Assembly: GCA_000004985.1 (NCBI GenBank)
Contig: GG738867.1
DNA: 64,000 nucleotides
From: Naegleria gruberi
Lineage: Eukaryota
Reading direction: 5' to 3' (one strand)
Shown: piece by piece, positions 34,026 through 46,831 of the stretch
How positions within the stretch are numbered: position 1 is the stretch's first letter
Layout: every line of letters begins with the position of its first letter
Notes under the pieces: model-generated
Seen by the model: the letters and a program-made list of their open reading frames with translations, nothing else
Told to the model about the DNA's origin: nothing
Databases searched by the model: none
Made by a program: the position numbers and the translations under genes

Positions 34026-34139
34026 TGTTTTTTTTTGGTTGACTTGTGAACGTTTCTGTGGCCTATGTCTTTGCCTAGCTCTTCAAACATTCAGTGTTCT
34101 TAATAAAGGCAACTTATAACTTGAATACAAAGTAATAAT

Positions 34140-35012
34140 TTATTGTTCTAACATTTTAGTGACAGCAGCGTTAATGTCACCATTAGTTTCTTGCAAAACT
34201 TTGATTAAAACACTGTCATCGACTGGGAATCCAAAACTACGTAATGTGGCAAGACTGTGTGGATCAACATTTGATTGTTGTGGTTGAACAGGTTGTGATA
34301 CTAATGGTGGTTGATTTACAACTGGTGGTTGTTGAACTGGTGATTGAGATGTAACACTTGGTGAGCTAAAGCTAGAATTGAGTGGATGTGGTTGTTGCAT
34401 AGTGACACTATTAGTCAATGTCTTTGTTGGAGTTGTAGTGGCAACTAATGGTGAAACATTACGAGGAACTCCACTTGCTTGAGTCATTGGTTGATTCATA
34501 GCAAATGGTTGCAATTGTGGTTGAGTGGATCCAAATGCCATAACTGGTGGTTGAACTGGTCTAATTGAAGGTTGTTGTGGTTGTTGTGGATACATTGGTT
34601 GGAAAGGATATGGATTTACAGGTTGAACTGGTTGAATAAATGGTGATTGTGTTACAGGAGGTTGAGGTTGAACAAATGGTGATTGAGTTACAGGTGGCTT
34701 TACAGGTTGAATTGGTTGAACAATAGGTTGTGTTACAGGAGGTTGAATTGGCTTTTGCTCAACAACAATTGTTTGTTCAACAACAGGATTTGTTTGTTTC
34801 TTTGGAGTCTTTCCTTCCTTTGCTTGGATCTTGAAAACACCATTCACAGATAACAAATGTCTGGCATGATTCATAGCATCATTAAATTCGGAATCAGTAT
34901 CAAAACGGATCCATTCATTTTGATCATCATTCCAAGCTAACAAAAGATCCTTATCAGCAACACTGGCATATCTTTTGATTTGTTCGGTTACTTGTTGCAA
35001 GTGAGTGGCCAC
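34140..35012 (-). CDS. PB1-domain and UBA-domain protein with Pro/Gln-rich linker (sequestosome/NBR1-like architecture); 5' end unresolved
   Basis: The PB1 core reads KDLLLAWNDDQNEWIRFDTDSEFNDAM. The C-terminal UBA reads LATLRSFGFPVDDSVLIKVLQETNGDINAAVTKMLEQ. The ORF is open upstream of 35012 with no in-frame ATG. An ATG-initiated ORF 34988..35266 lies in another frame and is separated from it by a (CAA)5 tract. Confidence 0.6.
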   Translation of the reverse strand: MATHLQQVTEQIKRYASVADKDLLLAWNDDQNEWIRFDTDSEFNDAMNHARHLLSVNGVFKIQAKEGKTPKKQTNPVVEQTIVVEQKPIQPPVTQPIVQPIQPVKPPVTQSPFVQPQPPVTQSPFIQPVQPVNPYPFQPMYPQQPQQPSIRPVQPPVMAFGSTQPQLQPFAMNQPMTQASGVPRNVSPLVATTTPTKTLTNSVTMQQPHPLNSSFSSPSVTSQSPVQQPPVVNQPPLVSQPVQPQQSNVDPHSLATLRSFGFPVDDSVLIKVLQETNGDINAAVTKMLEQ

Positions 35013-35346
35013 GATGGTGTTTGTTGTTGTTGTTGGGAAGTTGTTTGTGGAGGAGGTGATTGAAAAACACCGGATTGATTGAGAGGTCTGGCGTGGAACA
35101 TGTTGTTGCTTTGATTTTTTTCTTGTGATTGAATTGGAATGCTTTTCGATGGAAGCGAGTTTTTGAGTCTTTTTCGCTTGGATGGAAACAAGGAACCTTG
35201 AAAACTATTTTTAAAAAAACAAAAGGAATTGTTTGAGGTGATGACTAAACGTGTTTTTTTGACCATCAGGAGGATGGGAATTCTCTCTCGGGTTGAGTTT
35301 TTTTATACAACAAGATTGAAAAGTTACAGTAAAATGTTTATGGAAC

Positions 35347-38037
35347 TTGTTTGGACAACTGTTGATAATTAAAAAATCTGATACCAGTCAGTTTACAATG
35401 AGTCTGTCCTCTGGTAAGGTGTGCAATGCTGTCACAAGAAAAAAAATGCTTTCCCAAGATGATGAAAAAAGTTACCGAAATTGTCAAGAATTAGTTAAAT
35501 GGTTGGAGGAACAGAGGTGTCCACCCACGATTAGAAAAGGTAGGCTGCTCTAAGTGATTTATTAATTATTAATACTTTGGGTAAATCAGCATTACAAGAT
35601 AACGCTTGTGATGAGTGGATTTTGTGTAACAGTGATGAAGAAACTCTGTTGCAAGAATTAAATCTAACCAAATTACAATTACGCGCGTTGATGAGATTCA
35701 TCACTAACTCCTCCTCATCGTCAAGCAATAGCAGCAGCTCATCATCAAACTCTACCAAGAAAGATACACCACAAATTACTTCGAATGAATTTGACAACAA
35801 GTATAACAACATTGGTTTACTGGGAAGTGGAGGTTACGGAAAAGTGTATAAAGTGACGCTCAAGCATAAACCAAGTATTATGCGAGCTGTCAAGGTAATT
35901 GAAGATCGATACGATTTTACTGTTAACGAAGCATTGAAAGAAGTAATGCAAACAATGAAAGTTGCACACAAACATGTTGTGCAAATATATGATGTTACTA
36001 TTACTAATAATCGTTCACTGATGATTGAGATGGAATGTTTGGAATGTGGAAGTTTATACGACCATTTCATTAGGAAACGAGTTAAGCCTTCTGAAAGGAT
36101 AGCCATTTCAATCATTCAGCAGATATTAAGCGCACTTCAATTTATGCAAAAAAGTTTTAAAATGGTTCACAGAGATGTCAAACCAGCAAACATTTTGATT
36201 AGATCTATCGATTTAGACAAGGGTGAAATTGATGTTTGTTTGGCAGATTTTGGATTTGCAAGATCATTTGAACCTTCATCTCAAATATCTAACATTTACG
36301 GTACATTTTCTTATTTAGCTCCTGAAGTTAAATTAGTTTTGGACAATGATGAAATGAGATCAAAACAACCCTACTCAGTAGCTTCTGATATTTATGCATT
36401 AGGTGCAACAATGTTTTATCTAATGACGTTTAATCAAGCCAACCAAGCCAATCATCAATTATTGAATTCGCTAAACCATTACTCATCGAAACTGGTTGCA
36501 ATTATTTTGAAAATGTTAAGTGAAGATCCAATAGATAGACATTTAGAAATTACTACAATCAATATGTCACAAATTTCTACTTTTGGACATGATAACCAAG
36601 TCAAGGAATTAAAGAATCAAGTGACCGAAACAACCTTAGAATCTACAATTATTCAACATACTGCAAATCAAGAAAATATAGTTACTCAATATAATTTAGG
36701 TATGAAGTATATAAAAGGAGAAGGATGTGAAAAATCATTTGAAAAAGCATTTGAATGGTTTGAAAAATCTGCAAATCAAGGATATAATGAAGCCCAATAT
36801 AGGTTAGGTTTGATGTATTGCTTTGGACAAGGATGTAACGAATCATTTGAAAAAGCATTTGAATGGTATGAAAAATCTGCAAATCAAGGACATAATGAGG
36901 CGCAATTTAGGTTAGGTTTGATGTATTATCTTGGAAATGGATGTAAACAATCATTTGAAAAAGCATTTGAATGGTATGAAAAATCTGCAAATCAAGGAAT
37001 TGCTATTGCTCAACATATGTTTGGTGAGATGTATTTACAAGGAGAAGGATGCAAACAATTATTTGAAAAAGCATTTGAATGGTTTGAAAAATCTGCAAAT
37101 CAAGGATATAATGAAGCGCAATTTAATTTAGGTTCGATGTATTTAATTGGAGAAGGATGTGACAAATCATTTGAAAAAGCATTTGAATGGTTTGAAAAAT
37201 CTGCAAATCAAGGACACAAAATGCACAATTTTATTTAGGTTTGATGTATTATAATGGACAAGGATGTCAACAATCATTTGAAAAAGCTCTTAAATGGTAT
37301 GAAAAATCTGCAAATCAAGGACATAATGAGGCGCAATTTAGGTTAGGTTTGATGTATTATCTTGGAAAAAGATGTAGACAATCATTTGAAAAAGCATTTG
37401 AATGGGTTGAAAAATCTGCAAATCAAGGATATGATGAAGCACAATTTAAGTTAGCCTGGATGTATTTTAATGGAGAAGGATGTGAAAAATCATGTGAAAA
37501 AGCATTTGAATGGTATGAAAAATCTGCAAATCAAGGTCATACAAAAGCTCCATATAGGTTAGGTTTGATGTATTATCTTGGAAAAGGATGTAAACAATCA
37601 TTTGAAAAAGCATTTGAATGGTATGAAAAATCTGCTAATCAAGAAAATGCAGTTGCTAAATTTAATTTAGGTTTGATGTATTATAATGGAGAAGGATGTC
37701 AACAATCATTTGAAAAAGCACTTAAATGGTATAAAAAAGCTGCTAATCAAGAACATGCTAATGCTCAATTTAATTTAGGTTTGATGTATTATAATGGAAA
37801 AGGATGTGAAAAATCATTTGAAAAAGCATTTGAATGGTATGAAAAAGCTGCTAATCAAGAACATGTAAATGCTCAACATGTATTTAGGTTAGATGTATTT
37901 TAATGGAGAAGGATGTAAACAATCATTTGAAAAAGCATTTGAATGGTATGAAAAATCTGCAAATCAAGGACATAATGGTGCGCAATTTAGGTTAGGTTTG
38001 ATGTATTATCTTGGAAAAGGATGTAGACAATCATTTG
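35347..38037 (+). CDS. Ser/Thr protein kinase fused to a long Sel1-like (SLR) repeat array; 3' end lost in assembly gap
   Basis: Exon 1 is 35347..35539 (phase-1 gtaggc donor, 50-nt intron) and exon 2 starts at 35590. Kinase motifs are GSGGYGKVYKV, HRDVKPANILI, DFGFAR and YLAPE. From about 36690 there are at least 12 near-identical 36-aa repeats (GEGCEKSFEKAFEWYEKSANQGHNEAQFRLGLMYY). Frame breaks occur at about 37225 and about 37890 inside the array. Confidence 0.7.
36690..38037 (+). repeat. Tandem array of ~108-bp near-identical units (Sel1 repeat coding), truncated by gap
   Basis: The period is 108 bp with more than 90 percent identity between units. The units can be read by eye in the sequence (tcatttgaaaaagcatttgaatggtatgaaaaatctgcaaatcaagg...). 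Confidence 0.85.
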
Positions 38038-38087
38038 NNNNNNNNNNNNNNNNNNNNNNNNNNNNNNNNNNNNNNNNNNNNNNNNNN
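38038..38087. other. Assembly gap (50 N) between Sel1 array and convergent gene
   Basis: A run of exactly 50 N characters. Confidence 0.99.
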
Positions 38088-40375
38088 GTTATTAAACTTT
38101 CTGTATTGTAACATTCAGAAGAATTTTTCAAATTTCGAGCAGTCTTGTTAAGTTTTTCTGTTGTCAATTCTTGGATATCGAAAAAGTCATCAATAATTGA
38201 GTCATCGGCAAAGTTGATGAAAATTCTGGATAATTTACGTTCCTCCTCGTGTAAGACATAATGTACATTCTGCCAATCGTCAATTTCCTTTGAAATTTCC
38301 TCAAATAGCATAATCCACAACTTTTTCACAAATACAAATCGATAACTATATGATGAATATTGAGAATCAGTTAAAAGGGTCAAAATACGTAATGCATGAA
38401 TAGCATTGGTGCCATACAAATTCTTTGGAAGGACTTGCTCATCGAAAACATTTTGTTTCTTGGAAGATTTCTTAGGTGTGGTTGGTGTCGAGTTATTGGA
38501 ATTATTTGCAGAGGATTTTTCACCATTACTTGATGAGGATGAAATTGGTGAGCTTGTTGGGTCATGTGAAGGACCTGGAGCAATATACAAATCTTTCTCG
38601 CTCAACAATTCAAATTCTGTTGTAACAGATGAAGATCTTAAACCAAAGAAGAGATTCATTACACTTGGAGAGAATCCTAACTTGTTACTAATCACGCTAT
38701 AAATCATTGGAATTAAGAATAGGAGAATAAAGTCCTTGTGTACCTCATCCTTTTCCGTATTCTTCTTTGAGATGTGAATGTCCATATAGGCCAGCCAAGA
38801 TTTAACAATTTCAACCAATTTTTCATTAACATCTGCAATAGCTTGAGATTTGAGAGTGATTTGCTCAACAGTTTTCTGAATTAATTGCTTGTCATGAGAT
38901 TGAATGGCTTTTAGAAGTTGAGTGAAGAGAATGGAAGATTTCATTTCCAATTCCTTATTTTGTTTAGAAACTGATGCGAGTGAGTCCAATGTCTTCTTAA
39001 TGAACTGAATTTCAGATTCATATGTTGGATAATTATCCGATACTGTGTTTGTTGAGTAAATGTCTTTGAATATTTCTTCCAAAAATTCACTTCTTATCTT
39101 TTCTCCCTTTTCATTGAGTTGCTTGATGGCTGGATCAATTCTTGAGAGATTTTCAATTTCCCTTCGTAGCATTGTGTTCTTTGTCTTGACATGGACATCA
39201 ATGGCAGAACATATTGACTGGAGAATGGAATCCAAAGATTGTCTGTCCCCAAATCTATTCAAATTCAATTTGAGAATTTGATACTCAGTATTCTGTGCAT
39301 CTCTATCAACTATGGAATCAACTTCACTTAATCTATACGATCCACCATATTCATCTCTTTTCTTATAATCTGAGGAGAATAGAGTTGTTAGATATTTAGG
39401 TTGTGTACTTTCGAATAATAGCAACTCTGAAATGGTTGTAATTTTCGTCGCACTTTCGGACAATAACACATTGGCCAATAATGCATGCTCACTTAATGAA
39501 GATGAAATGCATGATTTGTGCATTTGCTTGAGGGAAATGGATAAATTGATTGAACTTGCAACATCCTCAATTAAATTATTGAAACCATTAGATTTTTCAC
39601 CATTTCTTCTCATTGCATTGATAACATCCTCAACAAATTGAATATCAAACAAATCTTCGAGAATAATACTAACTACTTGATGGATCCAATCTTTGGAGAG
39701 TGAAGATTCCAATTGTGTCATGATTTCCATTACTAATAAATCAAAATACTTTTCAAATCCTAATTTTCTTCTCTTCTCTGGATTTTTAATGATGAATGCA
39801 ACCTTTGCAGGAAATAAATTCGTTAATTCCTTTGTCATTTTCATGACTTTTGCCAATCTTTGATGAAATTTCAATACTTCTGAATATCTTCTATGTGATG
39901 AAAGTGAACATTTTCCATTTCTGACAGTCATTGTTATTTGATATTTCATTTTCGATGTCCCAACAACAATGAATGGACAAGACAATTTGAAACACTTGAA
40001 TTCTGCTGATGGAATTAGTAATTGATCCTCCTGTGCGAGTTCACTCAACCAAGTAACTTTCTGTACATTGTTTTGTGATGTTATTGTGACTGGTGAAGAG
40101 GAAACACTATTTTCAACTCTAGGAGATTGTTGATCTTGTTTACCATTATTCGTATTGTTGTTGTTATTATTATTATTATTGTTGGCAGTATTAGAATCTG
40201 GTGGTGAAGAATTATTGGAAGAGGATTTTTGGAATCGTCCAGCCATTGGTGAAGTATTCGAAATGATTGTAGCAAATCTTCTCACTCTGACAGGTGTTGT
40301 TAGTTGACCTTGTTGCACAACTTCGGAAGAAGCATTATTCTCTTCACCTGATGATGGTGATGAGGTTTGGGACAT
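38088..40375 (-). CDS. PX-domain protein (sorting-nexin-like), C-terminus truncated by gap
   Basis: The PX motif region is RRYSEVLKFHQRL...FPAKVAFIIKNPEKRRKLGFEKYFDLL. The N-terminus has a poly-Asn tract. A long helical C-terminal region reads into the gap. Confidence 0.6.
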
Positions 40376-40933
40376 TTTCTTTTAGTTTCGTCGTCGCTTT
40401 TATTACTTCTCGAAGAGTTTGAAAAGGACGAGGGTGGAAAGTGGATTTTCTGTTCCTGGCAGTGATTCGTGCTGATATTGAATATTGTTCTGTGTGTGAT
40501 TCAGATGTTGTGAATATTGTTGCTGTGTAATAGTAGAATGAGAGAATAGAAGGGTAAAAGATCAAAAAGATCTCTTCTCACAAAGAATGTAGTTTTTTTC
40601 TGTCTGATCATTAAAGATTCGGATGAAAGGGTTGTTGGAATTGGATCCGATTGGTTGTTTTCATATGGCCTTGCAATTAATGGTGAGATGTGTGTGGTTG
40701 TTGTGAACAATACGTATATGCGCTGCTGAAAAGTGATTTCGAGATTGAAATTAATAAATAAGGTTCTAAAGCAAAAGTTGTTTTATAATTCAGCAATTCT
40801 CAATCACAGAATTATCTGATGATCACACTTGGTAAGCTTGTGTTTGGCTTCAAAGTATTCTTGAAGAATTCATAAAAATTAATTTTAATAATTTAAATTT
40901 TTTTTAAAAAATTAAAGCAGCACCAATAACAAT

Positions 40934-43900
40934 ATGATTAGAACATCATCATCGCTGCCGAAAAATAGTAGTGGCAAGGCTTCTTCAACAAAATCAAATA
41001 CTGAGGAGCTTTGTGATTATTATAAAAGATCATTTTCTTTATTGTATGGAGTTTTGACTTCTCCTGTAGATAATTTTCCGTGGGTATGTGTGGATTAATC
41101 ATCATGATGATTTTTAATATGAATTGTTTACTATTAAATAGGCTCAAGTTTTGGAAAGTGTAAAGAATTCATTAAAGGATGTATGGAAAAGTTTTGAAAA
41201 TAGAAAACCTGAAGAAAAGGATATCAAACAAAAGGATATTGTTTCTGAATTGGTGAAGAGAACGGTATGTTTTGGAGATATCAAAATTTATTGATTATCA
41301 TTCTTGTAGAAATTAAACGAAGATAGCTGTTACAGATTGTTGGAAGATTATGTTGTTTGTGAAGCTCCTGATGCTCTCACATCAGACTCACAATCCATTC
41401 AAAAAGTATGTTCACATTCTTGATTATTATAATAATTATAATAATAACTTAATTAATAATATTAATGGATTATTATCTAAATATTTAGATTATTAATTTT
41501 TATTATTCGGAAAGAATTTTATTACTAGAGTGTATTTCAACAATTCTTAGGATTGATACTGAATATTCGGAAGACGATAATTGTGATGAAAGGACAAAAG
41601 TTTGCCACGATATTGCAACTTGGCTTTTCAATAATAACCTTGAACAAACTATGCACACCCTATTTTTTGATGCCTGTGATATTAACACACATTTGAAGAG
41701 TATTAATGAGTCATCATTAACCGAGACTGAAGCCACCAGAAGAAAGGTAGAGCTTACCGAACAAAAATTGAATGAACAAGCTTCTATACTAAATGTCTTG
41801 TTCATGCTCTATTATGGAAGACAATGCGATTTCAAAACATTTTTAAATTTAATTTCTCAACATTATCATGTAAGTATACTGAAACTTAAATATATTACTC
41901 ACACTTGTTCTAAAGGCAAACGATTTCGGAAATATTAATAGAAGTATTGGAAATGTTTCTATTAAAGGATTTCAAACAATAAGGAGAATAGTATGTTTGT
42001 CTGTACTGCTCTTTGTGGAAATTCTTGGATTTGAAAACGCTCTTGAAAAAACAAATCAAGGTGGAACATACTCTTCCTTCAAAGAAAGAGAAATTGCTAT
42101 GATAAATGACAACCTCAAGACACTTATTGATGAACCTCACACGGCAGCCATCAGAATATTTTGGGCAGCTTTCCTTCATCTTACCCAAAATAATGTTTCA
42201 CCACAAGTAATTTATGATCTGGCTCAAAAAGGTATTAAAGAAAATGGATTGGAATTTATTAGAAAAATGTTTGACAGAGATGATAATCCATTTGTGGTAA
42301 ATAATAATAATATTGAGGGTTATAGAACAGTGGTTTCAGGAGGAGTTTCATGCATCTACTTTTTATTTAGATTCCACAAAATTCCATATCAAATTTTGGA
42401 GCAAGTTTTTTCTGTAACTGAAATAGTTATACAACCAAAACCATACTGTATCGAGGATCAAAAATTATCCATGATTTTTAACGATCAAATGTTACAGAAG
42501 CCATATAGCGAGCTGTTGACATATTTCAAATTAGTATTTCCTGCTAGGAAAGAAATTCTTAGATTATTATCTTTAATGTGTTGTGATAATCAAAGTACAG
42601 TGAGCGTGAGATCTATTATGGAGTCACAAGACACATACTGTATTGAGATGACCCACACAGAGCTTAAGAGAATATGCGGACTGGACCAATCAAATTCAAA
42701 TGAATGGGAAACAAAACAAACACCTTTAGTTACGATAACATCAGTTAGAGACGAGACTACTAATGTAGTGATTCCACCAAATGTACAATGCATAGTTGTT
42801 AATCAAACTGCAGAAACCTGCCTTGTAACTTTCAACTTTTCAAGCTATATTTGGAAACTCATGTTTAGTCAAATTATTGAAGTGTTGCAAAATTCTGTTT
42901 CTATCAATAATCCACATGTTCGTTCGACAATGCACTATTTTTTGAATTTACTCTATAGAGTCATTAGTTTCAAAATGCTTAACATTGAAAAATTAGAAAA
43001 ATACTTGATTGAATTGCTTTTAAGTAAGCAAATTTATTCATCCAGAGACGAGAAGAGAGGAATTGTACAACTTCTTTCACACTTATTGAAGTATTTCTCT
43101 GATTTCCCACTTTCAAGCATTCCTATGGAAATAGTATTATCATGTTCTAAATGTTTGCATGCTCTTTCTGAAGTATCTCCTGTGGATACAGCATGCCAAG
43201 TTTCTCTTTTGATTCAAAAGTATCATTTTTCAAATATTTTGAGAGAAGAATGTATGATTGGTAGATATGGTGCAACCCTAAGCTTACTGGACACAGTGTT
43301 GTCATTGGCCAAAAATCATCCAGGACCAATGGATTCTGTCATAGAAATTCAACCTTTTATTTGCAGCAACATATTTTCTGTTCATGATTCATGGAGATAT
43401 CAAAAATTGGAAGAAAGATGGTTGATTGCTCTTAAGTGTCTTCAAATTTTCAACCAAATTGCTCAAGATTCATTGTGGGCTGAAAGAAAGTCTTCTCAAT
43501 CTCTTGTAGGATGTGGTGGTAGACCACTTTTGAATGCCTTCCTTCACGATGGTAGTTTGTATCAAGTTTTGTTCTCATTGATTGGCTTGGGTGGTACTTT
43601 TCTTGAGAATATCCTTCGTCATGAAAAGACAGATGAAGCAGCAACAGTTCAAAGTCTTATTGTTGAATCTCTCAAGTTGTTGGATTCAATCTTGAGATTC
43701 AGACAAATTGCCAAAGCAACAAATATTTCAACATTTGAGGATGTACTTTTCTCAAAGTTACTAGGAAAACAACAAGTGCCACTCATTACTTCTATTTTTG
43801 AATTTATTGATCATCCTAATGCGCCAGAAATTAGAATTTTAGCATGTAAGATTATTACCTTGATTGCTCAACTCACTGAAGACTACAATTCCAGACCTCC

Positions 43901-46823
43901 ATCCCTTGTTGGTTATTTGGGTAACCAATCTAGCTCTCTAGTTGGGCGTTGCTTGTACAGACTTCAGAGTGTTGGTGAAAGTGATGAATTGAAAATTGCA
44001 CTTCTTGATTTAATTTCAACAACAGTAGAAATTCAAAGAGGTTTGGCTGACTTGTTCTTGACCTCAACACCAGCAAAGATTAAAATCAAGAAGGAGAAGA
44101 ACGATGAAGAGCTCGCCCCTGGAGGTGTTCTTGTTACAATTTTAAAGATTATAGAAAATACTGAAAATTATATTGTAGAAAAGAGAACAAGTCTAGTAAG
44201 AAGTGCTTTGGCTGTCATTCAATCTATTTTCCAAAATGGAGAGAATAGATCCAAAATTACAAAGATTTTAAGAAATGACAGCTATTTCTGGAAATCAATG
44301 AAGAATATGTTTACCATCTTTACCAAAGATGAATCCACTAGTAAGAATATTGATATCCTTAGATCTATTACTTCAGTTATTGCTATTTGCTCTGTCGATA
44401 TGTACAATCTCAGAATATTGAAACAAGACCATAGTATGGAAACTGATATTGAAAAGACTCTCTTTGAAAAGGACTCTAAAACAATTCAAACTATACTCAA
44501 GACTTCAATTTCATTCATTATGAACAATATTAACTACTTGTCTGGTCTTATTCAAGATATTGATAGACTTTCAAAGAGAGATTCACAACAATTGGGAAGA
44601 GAAATTTTCTTCTCGGACTATCTCCTTGAAAGAAATACCAAGAAGGATGTTCTGTATGATACAGATAGAATTGTGAGATGGGAAACTGGTATTAGTGCCG
44701 AGTTACTCGACTCTCTATCATTGCTAAATCAAAAAATTGCCGTAGAGGAAGCATTTATTGCTCTGCTTAAATCCTTGCATGCCTTGTTTTCTGTGAGCTT
44801 GGAATCTCCTCTTCTCACAAGAGAGGAATCATCTGAAGAATACTTTTTGAATATTATTGATATTCTAGTTGTAGGACTCAAGATTTCAGAAGGTGATGCT
44901 ATGACCAAATATGTTTTCAACCCAACCAATGAATTCGGTCTCGATCTTGAAGTTTATGTTCCATTGCCAAAACTTTTGGATAACCTATTGAATACCTTCC
45001 ACATTGAAGTTGCTGCAATGCTAGCCAAGCTAATCCACAAATTCAACGCCAATTTCCCTCCAACAGATTTGATTGAAAAGCACAGCAGTTGGCTTTCTGA
45101 CCATTTATCAAAGTTGACACATTTATTACATACACAAGTTCAAAGAAAGAAGTCTAATGCAACAAAAGAAATTTTGGGTTGTCTCTTGATGTACTTTGTT
45201 GATTTGGATGAAGCTATTGGTGTCAGAACATGTTCCAAACTCACTCCAATACTTTTCCAAATCTTGAAGACATTTAACAGATACGAGCAATGCACAGAAT
45301 TGGCTATTTCGATTTTGGCTGTTTGTATCAAAGTTACTATCAATGAAGAATATGGAAACTATATTTGCAGAGAACTATGTGAATGTTTGACCACTTTTGA
45401 TGGAGTTGACGAACAACATTCTAAACACACCATTAACGTTCTCAATTTACTTTTGGCTTTCTCCACTACTCGAGCTGGAAGTTCAATGATGGTTGCCAAC
45501 AATATCTTACAAAAGTTTTCTGGTTGTACATTTTTAAGTTCTGGATGTGGAAAATATGCAGGTCAGACCTACTTTGAAGGAGAAAGAACTTACTGGCATA
45601 CTGCTTGGAGATATAGCTTGAAGATTATCACTACTCTCTTGAATTGTTACTATGTTGCAACTCAACCTAAGAGAAATATGGCCATGATGGATGAAGATAC
45701 AAACTATGGTCAATATCAATATTTTGTTCAACAAGTTCAAGATTTTTGTAATACTCACAGAAAGAGATTAGTTTTAGGTTTGGATGAATTATGGGATAAG
45801 AGACCTTTGACTTTTGCTCTTATTGAAGAAGTTGAACTCATTGGTATGCTAGTGAATGCACTTGCCAGATCTCACATTTTACCAAATTTACCTTACCTTG
45901 TCCAATCATCTCTTGTAGCAACAGCCAAGTGCGTGAATGCTGTTAAGCATTTTAGATTGATTTTGTCTGCTGTTACCCCAATCACACAACACGAAAGAAA
46001 ACTCCACGAAAAGGACAAACATTATATGGAAGAACTTCGTGCCTCCAGACCAACCTCAACAGGTACCAAGACTAGACGCCCTTTCAGAGAAAGAACAAAC
46101 TATGAAAACACCATTCCTTACAATTCTGAAGAGTCTCCATTTATTACCCATGCTACAGATGCTATCAAGAATCTTTATCAAGGAAGAGAGATGTTAAATT
46201 GGAATACTCAAATAGATTTGACAGTTTTTGGAACATTACAAAGCTTGGTTGCATCCATTCGTTGTTTGACCATTCTTCCTAGTGATGATGGAATTGAACA
46301 ACCTGTAGAGCCTGTTATTGTTCTTTCAATGCAATCCAATAGCCCTAATATTGAAACAATCTTCAAATGTGCTGAAGCTTGTGTTGATACCCTAAAGATT
46401 ATACCTTCGAGCAAATATAATACTGAACTAAGCAACAACAAGACAGGAAATGAGCTTGGCTCTTCAACTCCAACCGAGACACTCTCACCTTCATTCAGCG
46501 CAACTACTGAAAGAATGAGCAAAGAACAAGAGGCTATGATTAAGGCTAGACTTTTGGTGACACGTGTAGTGGTGGGTACTTTACAGGAATCTATCAATGT
46601 TATTGTTTCACACGTTTTGATTTATGAATTTATTGCCTATGGAGAGGAAAGTCAATCTGTTCGTGAAGTAAGAAATCACATGAAGGAACGTTTTGAATTT
46701 TTCCACAGAACTTGTGAGGGATTGTCGACGAAAAGTTGGTTCTTTATGAAGCATCCTGAACCTTTGCGAACAGTGCTCACACTTTTGAGAGATGTTATCG
46801 ACCTAGGTGGTTTAAAACAATAA
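40934..46823 (+). CDS. Large alpha-solenoid protein (~1885 aa), 5 exons; possibly nucleoporin Nup188/Nup205-like (unassigned)
   Basis: Exons are 40934..41083, 41142..41264, 41310..41405, 41489..41869 and 41916..46823. All donors are gtatgt or gtaagt, phases are consistent, and introns are 46-84 nt. The protein is Leu-rich and helical throughout with no catalytic motif. Confidence 0.65.
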
Positions 46824-46831
46824 TTTATAAA

